NCBI GenBank assembly: GCA_021792255.1
Contig: JAJYUZ010000001.1
Location: 320,001 to 384,000 of the forward strand
Direction of reading: 5' to 3'
Length of the DNA stretch: 64,000 nt
Origin: Thermoplasmata archaeon
GTDB lineage: Archaea > Thermoplasmatota > Thermoplasmata > Thermoplasmatales > GCA-001856825
Both the position numbers and the translations under genes were made by a program. Positions 59,674 through 64,000 of this stretch are shown one piece after another. A model generated the notes under the pieces. It searched no databases. It was not told the DNA's origin and was given only the letters and a program-made list of their open reading frames with translations. Within the stretch, counting starts at the first letter, position 1, and each line of letters begins with the position of its first letter.

Positions 59674-59970
59674 ATGGTAATTGAGTGGACCACCATAATG
59701 GATTTCGTCCTTACGTTCGTGGCAGGATTGCTCTTCGGTCTAGCTATCAAGAAGGGAGTTGTCGCGTTTGTGCTAGCAATAGTAGGCTTCGTGATAGCGG
59801 GATATGTAGGGTTGACGTTTGTTCCCAAGATTTCATTAAGCTACGAGATAAGTAAATTCATTGCTCTTGCACTGGCATACTTCAAGGACGCGCAAATTGG
59901 AACGCTTGCCGTTTCTCTCACAGTTATTCTGTTCCTTATCGGACTTGTCATAGGACTGTGGAAAGGATAA
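59674..59970 (+). CDS. Small membrane protein
   Basis: 98 aa, three hydrophobic segments, GAGGAG upstream. Confidence 0.75.
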   Translation: MVIEWTTIMDFVLTFVAGLLFGLAIKKGVVAFVLAIVGFVIAGYVGLTFVPKISLSYEISKFIALALAYFKDAQIGTLAVSLTVILFLIGLVIGLWKG

Positions 59971-60093
59971 TCTTAAAACGACCTGTAGGTGCAGATTCTT
60001 GACTATTGATTTTTTCTATCTTTCCTATTGAGTCATCGGACCGTTTTATCAGCAGCATCTGAAGAAGCGTAAAGGTTGATAAGGCCGAAATAT

Positions 60094-60669
60094 ATGCTTT
60101 TTAGATTGAGTAAGATAAAGAACGAAGAGGCCGTTTCGGAAGTCGTCGGGACTATCCTTATACTAGCTATAACGGTAGTGCTATTTGCAACAGTATTTGT
60201 CTATGTACAACAAGTTCCACTGGCTACGGCCCCTGAACAAGTCACTATCTACCAAGAGATATCCTACGACGCAAATTCTCACGTCCTCTATGAGAATCTT
60301 TCTGATAAAGGAGGGAGCATTCTTCTTAGAAGCGAGACCTATCTGATCGTACTCGTTAACAATGTAGAATATTCGAGCGTTCTGACTTCACTTCAAGTAA
60401 GCGATCCCTATGGAAATGCTTCAAAATATTTTGAACCGGGCGATTCTATTCTCTGGAACAGTTCTTCCATTGGAGCCAAAGTATCGAATGGCTCAAAAAT
60501 CAACTCCATTTTGTTCTATAAATCCACAAACCAAGTACTGTGGCAATCCGAGAACGACCTGCCGGTACAATATTTGCTGACGGACCTTTTCGCTCTTCAG
60601 GGTTCCCAAGGAACTGGAAACGAGACAATATTCCACCATTTACTTTCTGCAAAACACTGGCAGATGTGA
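60094..60669 (+). CDS. Archaeal type IV pilin-like protein
   Basis: Class III signal KNEEA/VSEVVGTILILAITVVLFA; start taken at MLFRL. Confidence 0.85.
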   Translation: MLFRLSKIKNEEAVSEVVGTILILAITVVLFATVFVYVQQVPLATAPEQVTIYQEISYDANSHVLYENLSDKGGSILLRSETYLIVLVNNVEYSSVLTSLQVSDPYGNASKYFEPGDSILWNSSSIGAKVSNGSKINSILFYKSTNQVLWQSENDLPVQYLLTDLFALQGSQGTGNETIFHHLLSAKHWQM

Positions 60670-60770
60670 CAGCTTTTTTGGAGGAGTCGATGTGACTCCG
60701 TACTATTTCCTGACAATATTTTGTTCATCCAGACACGTTCCTGGACGTTCAAACTCTTATCCTCGTTTTG

Positions 60771-60788
60771 AAGTTTTCTAACTTTCTG
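60771..60788. promoter_or_regulatory. Additional operator half-site outside the modules
   Basis: AAGTTTTCTAACTTT is a 15-nt exact match to 48996..49010; intergenic, about 100 nt before 60885. Confidence 0.5.
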
Positions 60789-60884
60789 TTTTGCTCTAGA
60801 ATGTCGGATGGAAGCCTATTAACAACATTTCTTTATCACAGCCCCTCTGACAAACATCTATATAATTCGAAGAGATTATAATTC

Positions 60885-61463
60885 GTGATAGCCGAGCTTG
60901 AAATCTTAGGGATTATCGGAACAGTTTATGTTCTCGGTGTTTTTGTGCTGTCTGTTTTGAACTTCTCCAACATAGTGAGAAGACAGTTCTTAAAAGCCTC
61001 GGCCCTATTCTTTATATTCTCTCTGATATCGATGATACTAGTCATCGTGGTAAGTTACAACACTGCATTCTTTCTTCCTCTCGTGACAGCAGAGTTTCTG
61101 CTCATGATGACTCTGTTCTATAGCTATCTGAAGTCGAACGTCTATTTTTTGTCTGCACTTGCATTAGCACCGAGCCCTTGGACGAGACTGAACCCGTATT
61201 TTGAAGACGTTGTTGTCATTCTCTCCATCTACTTCTCTCTCTACATTACTGGATCGATTCTGCAGGCTAAATCTCAAGAAAGAAAGGGGAGCACTCTAGT
61301 GATGGGATCATTCATAATGATGGATATATCTCTGGTTGTAGAAGCGTTTTACATTCTGAGTTTCAACAGTTCTTTCATGCAGATCGGTGTTTCGCTGTTC
61401 GTCATCTCCATTGTGTTGTTTCTCCTTCCATTTCTGATTGGGGGCCTATCAAAGAATGCGTAA
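60885..61463 (+). CDS. Multi-pass membrane protein of unknown function
   Basis: 192 aa, about six TM helices. Confidence 0.7.
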   Translation: MIAELEILGIIGTVYVLGVFVLSVLNFSNIVRRQFLKASALFFIFSLISMILVIVVSYNTAFFLPLVTAEFLLMMTLFYSYLKSNVYFLSALALAPSPWTRLNPYFEDVVVILSIYFSLYITGSILQAKSQERKGSTLVMGSFIMMDISLVVEAFYILSFNSSFMQIGVSLFVISIVLFLLPFLIGGLSKNA

Positions 61464-61479
61464 GGGAGGGGAACCAAGG

Positions 61480-61755
61480 ATGAGAAAGAATAGAAACGAG
61501 GCTCAGATAATCTTCGAACTTCTTGAAAGCATAAACAGCGGTAACACACAAATCTCATCCCTGTTGAGAAAGGTGAACATCCCCTTCAACAAATATCAAG
61601 ATCTTATTCAACAGTTGAAAGAGAGGGATATGATCAAAACCACACAAGAGGAGAACAAGAATTCCCTGGAATTGACCCCCAAAGGTAAAGAGTTTCTGGA
61701 GCAGTACAGGAAATTCAGCAAGCTGATGGTTAGTAGTTATGGTCTGAACCTTTAG
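61480..61755 (+). CDS. Archaeal winged-helix DNA-binding protein
   Basis: RNEAQIIFELLE, LLRKVNI, LTPKGKEFLE; start could instead be 61456. Confidence 0.82.
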   Translation: MRKNRNEAQIIFELLESINSGNTQISSLLRKVNIPFNKYQDLIQQLKERDMIKTTQEENKNSLELTPKGKEFLEQYRKFSKLMVSSYGLNL

Positions 61756-61840
61756 AATCCATTAAATTCCTGACAATATTTTGTTAGACAGCGAAAGGCA
61801 AAAGTATTTCATGATTCTGGTTATATAGTTCTCGATTATT

Positions 61841-62143
61841 ATGGTGAGCGAAGGGAGAATCGTGGAAAGTGCGACGGGACCTGTTGTAACCGCGATGGTT
61901 CATTTAAAGGCTGATACGGGTAAAATAGAGTCCATAAGCGCCAGTCTTTCGGAACTCAACTTTGTCGAAGACATTTATCTGGTGACGGGGAACTGGGATA
62001 TGATATTGAAAGTCAGATTCCCTGACGTAAATCAGATGAGAAATTTCCTGGTAAAAGAACTCAGAAAGATTGATGGAATAAAGGATTCGTACACTTCGAT
62101 GGTTATAAGCATATTCAAAGACAGGGGGGTCAAATTCCAGTGA
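61841..62143 (+). CDS. Stand-alone Lrp/AsnC ligand-binding (RAM) domain protein
   Basis: VTGNWDMILKV, LRKIDGIKDSYT; no HTH. Confidence 0.85.
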   Translation: MVSEGRIVESATGPVVTAMVHLKADTGKIESISASLSELNFVEDIYLVTGNWDMILKVRFPDVNQMRNFLVKELRKIDGIKDSYTSMVISIFKDRGVKFQ

Positions 62144-62431
62144 GTGATTTATATGGACGAAATGACACAGATTTTGATGGATAGCACAAAAATGCTTGAC
62201 GACTTGATCTCGGACTACTCTATACCGAGAAACATTAGAAAGAACATACAGATTGCGAAGATGAAGCTGATTCAGAATAAGGGCAACCTCGATGTAAGAG
62301 CAGCTACCTCTATTTCAACACTGGATGAGATAGTCAATGACCCTAATACCCCAGGTCATGCGAGAACCCTCATCTACACAATAATGGGCAAATTGGAGAT
62401 TCTCCAGAAGAAGGCGTCGTCACTTCACTGA
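62144..62431 (+). CDS. UPF0147 family protein
   Basis: DYSIPRNIR, LDEIVNDPNTPGHARTLI; start may be ATG 62153. Confidence 0.88.
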   Translation: MIYMDEMTQILMDSTKMLDDLISDYSIPRNIRKNIQIAKMKLIQNKGNLDVRAATSISTLDEIVNDPNTPGHARTLIYTIMGKLEILQKKASSLH

Positions 62432-62859
62432 TCCATCTTCCACTTTTTCTTCGCGACCTTCCTTACGTGTTCGATTACCTGCTCCAAGGGAGTTCCAGGA
62501 CCGAAATTCCCAGTTATGCCAAGTTTCTCCAGCCTCTTTCTGTCTGCGGGTGGTATGATCCCTCCACCGACGACCTGAATGTCACTGGCTCCGAGTTTCT
62601 TGAGCCACTTTTTCACTTCGGGGAACGCACTGAGATGCGCACTGTTGTGGAGACTCAAGGCCACAACGTCAACGTCTTCATCAACGGCAATCTTTGCTAC
62701 CTTTTCTGGCGTAGGTAGCAGTCCAGCGTACAGCACCTCCATTCCAGCATCCCTGAACGCCTTGGCCAACACCAACACCCCCCTGTCGTGGCCGTCAAGC
62801 GCAGGCTTAGCCACTAGAATTCTAATTCTTCTCTTCAGAGTATCGTTGGTTCCTTCCAT
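62425..62859 (-). CDS. Methylmalonyl-CoA mutase, cobalamin-binding small subunit
   Basis: AKPALDGHDRG (DxHxxG), RDAGMEV, GGGIIP, FGPGT. Confidence 0.92.
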   Translation of the reverse strand: MEGTNDTLKRRIRILVAKPALDGHDRGVLVLAKAFRDAGMEVLYAGLLPTPEKVAKIAVDEDVDVVALSLHNSAHLSAFPEVKKWLKKLGASDIQVVGGGIIPPADRKRLEKLGITGNFGPGTPLEQVIEHVRKVAKKKWKMDQ

Positions 62860-64000
62860 CCGCCGAACACCTCCCTTCCGACATTTGTGATCTCTTCTAG
62901 AGTTGCATAATTCTTGACTGCCTCGATAATGCTCTCCATAGAATTTTCATCTCCACTGTACACCTCTTTGAGTTTTTCTAGACTCTTTTGAACCCTGTTC
63001 GAGTTCCTTTTTGCCTTCAATTCCTCCAACCTCTTCCTCTGGATTCTCTCAGCCTTGAGATCTATTTTTAGGACGTTGATAGGCTCCTCATTCTTGTTTG
63101 CAAAAGCATTTACTCCTACTATCTTTGCCTCTCCACTTTCCACTTTCCTTTGCTGTGCATACGCAGTAGCAGCAATCTCTCTCTGAAGGTACCCATTCTT
63201 GATAGCCTTCACGACACCTCCCATTCCATTGATCGTATGGAAGTACTTGTAAGCCTCTTCTTCCATCTTGTCAGTCAGGTTTTCAATATAGTAGGAACCA
63301 CCGAGGGGGTCAATTACGTCAGGAATCCCGGTTTCATAGGCCAGAATCTGCTGGGTCCTGAGTGCTACCTCCACTGCCTGTTCTGAAGGGAGAGCCCACG
63401 CTTCATCGTACGAATTCGTGTGGAGGCTCTGGGTCCCTCCCATAATCGCAGCCATCCCTTCCACCGTGGTTCTCACGATATTGTTAAGCGGCTGCTGCCA
63501 CGTGAGAGAGTATCCTGAAGTCTGGCTGTGAAATCTTAGCTTCATGGACCTGTCGTTCTTTGCTCCATACGTTTCCTTCATTTCTCTAGCCCATATCCTC
63601 CTTGCTGCACGGAATTTGGCTATCTCCTCGAAGAAATTTATAGAACTGTTGAAGAAAAAACTCAGTCTGGGTGTAAAAGAGTCTACATCCAGCCCATTTT
63701 CTATCCCAAGTTTCACGTATTCAAAACCGTCCGCTAAGGTGAAGGCTAGTTCCTGGACCGCAGAAGCTCCCGCTTCTCTTATGTGGTACCCGGAAATTGA
63801 TATGTAATTCCACTTTGGCATGCTGTTGGTGCAGTAGACCATCATGTCCCTTATTATTCTCATGTGAGCTTCTGGGGGATAGAGCCATTCTTTTTGGGCG
63901 ATATACTCTTTTAAAATATCTGCCTGGACGGTTCCAGCGAGATCTCGCTTCTTGACTCTGCCCTTCTCGCCTACCACTGCGTACATGGCAGTCAAAATGT
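62835..64000 (-). CDS. Methylmalonyl-CoA mutase large subunit; 5' end outside the window
   Basis: GTVQADILKEY, ISISGYHIREAG, EEIAKFRAARR, GGTQSLHTN. Confidence 0.95.
   Translation of the reverse strand, partial: ILTAMYAVVGEKGRVKKRDLAGTVQADILKEYIAQKEWLYPPEAHMRIIRDMMVYCTNSMPKWNYISISGYHIREAGASAVQELAFTLADGFEYVKLGIENGLDVDSFTPRLSFFFNSSINFFEEIAKFRAARRIWAREMKETYGAKNDRSMKLRFHSQTSGYSLTWQQPLNNIVRTTVEGMAAIMGGTQSLHTNSYDEAWALPSEQAVEVALRTQQILAYETGIPDVIDPLGGSYYIENLTDKMEEEAYKYFHTINGMGGVVKAIKNGYLQREIAATAYAQQRKVESGEAKIVGVNAFANKNEEPINVLKIDLKAERIQRKRLEELKAKRNSNRVQKSLEKLKEVYSGDENSMESIIEAVKNYATLEEITNVGREVFGGWKEPTIL

Noticed and set aside
807-63807. The many short ORF-track entries overlapping larger genes
   Set aside because: They are antisense or off-frame shadows of well-supported genes with no recognisable motifs.
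1-64000. CRISPR array, cas genes, integrase or intact transposase
   Set aside because: No regularly spaced direct repeats and no such protein motifs seen by eye.

Overview
Archaeal chromosomal window, most consistent with an acidophilic Thermoplasmatales-type organism (thermopsin, UPF0147, class III-signal pilins, archaeal tRNAs and RNase P RNA, mostly leaderless genes). It holds an aerobic respiratory cluster (heme-copper oxidase I/II, blue-copper protein, heme o synthase, membrane polyferredoxin, Rieske protein, cytochrome b), several transporters and peptidases, an isolated aprBA pair beside tRNA-Arg(UCU), rnpB, scpB, purD, a divergent nep1, an unannotated Pcc1-like ORF running into tRNA-Arg(GCG), and a split methylmalonyl-CoA mutase. 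The most striking signal is a module present twice in opposite orientations (about 46.8-49.3 kb and 57.1-59.4 kb): candidate structured RNA <- 63-bp conserved dyad -> 31/33-aa hydrophobic peptide with a Gly-rich tail -> two paralogous Zn-finger/winged-helix/beta-sandwich proteins. Spacings are conserved almost to the base between copies. Orphan oligopeptide permeases lie near one copy and pilin genes flank the other. A peptide-signalling circuit, or a regulated small-peptide/sRNA locus, is inferred but not demonstrated. All calls come from manual reading; no database searches or folding programs were run.
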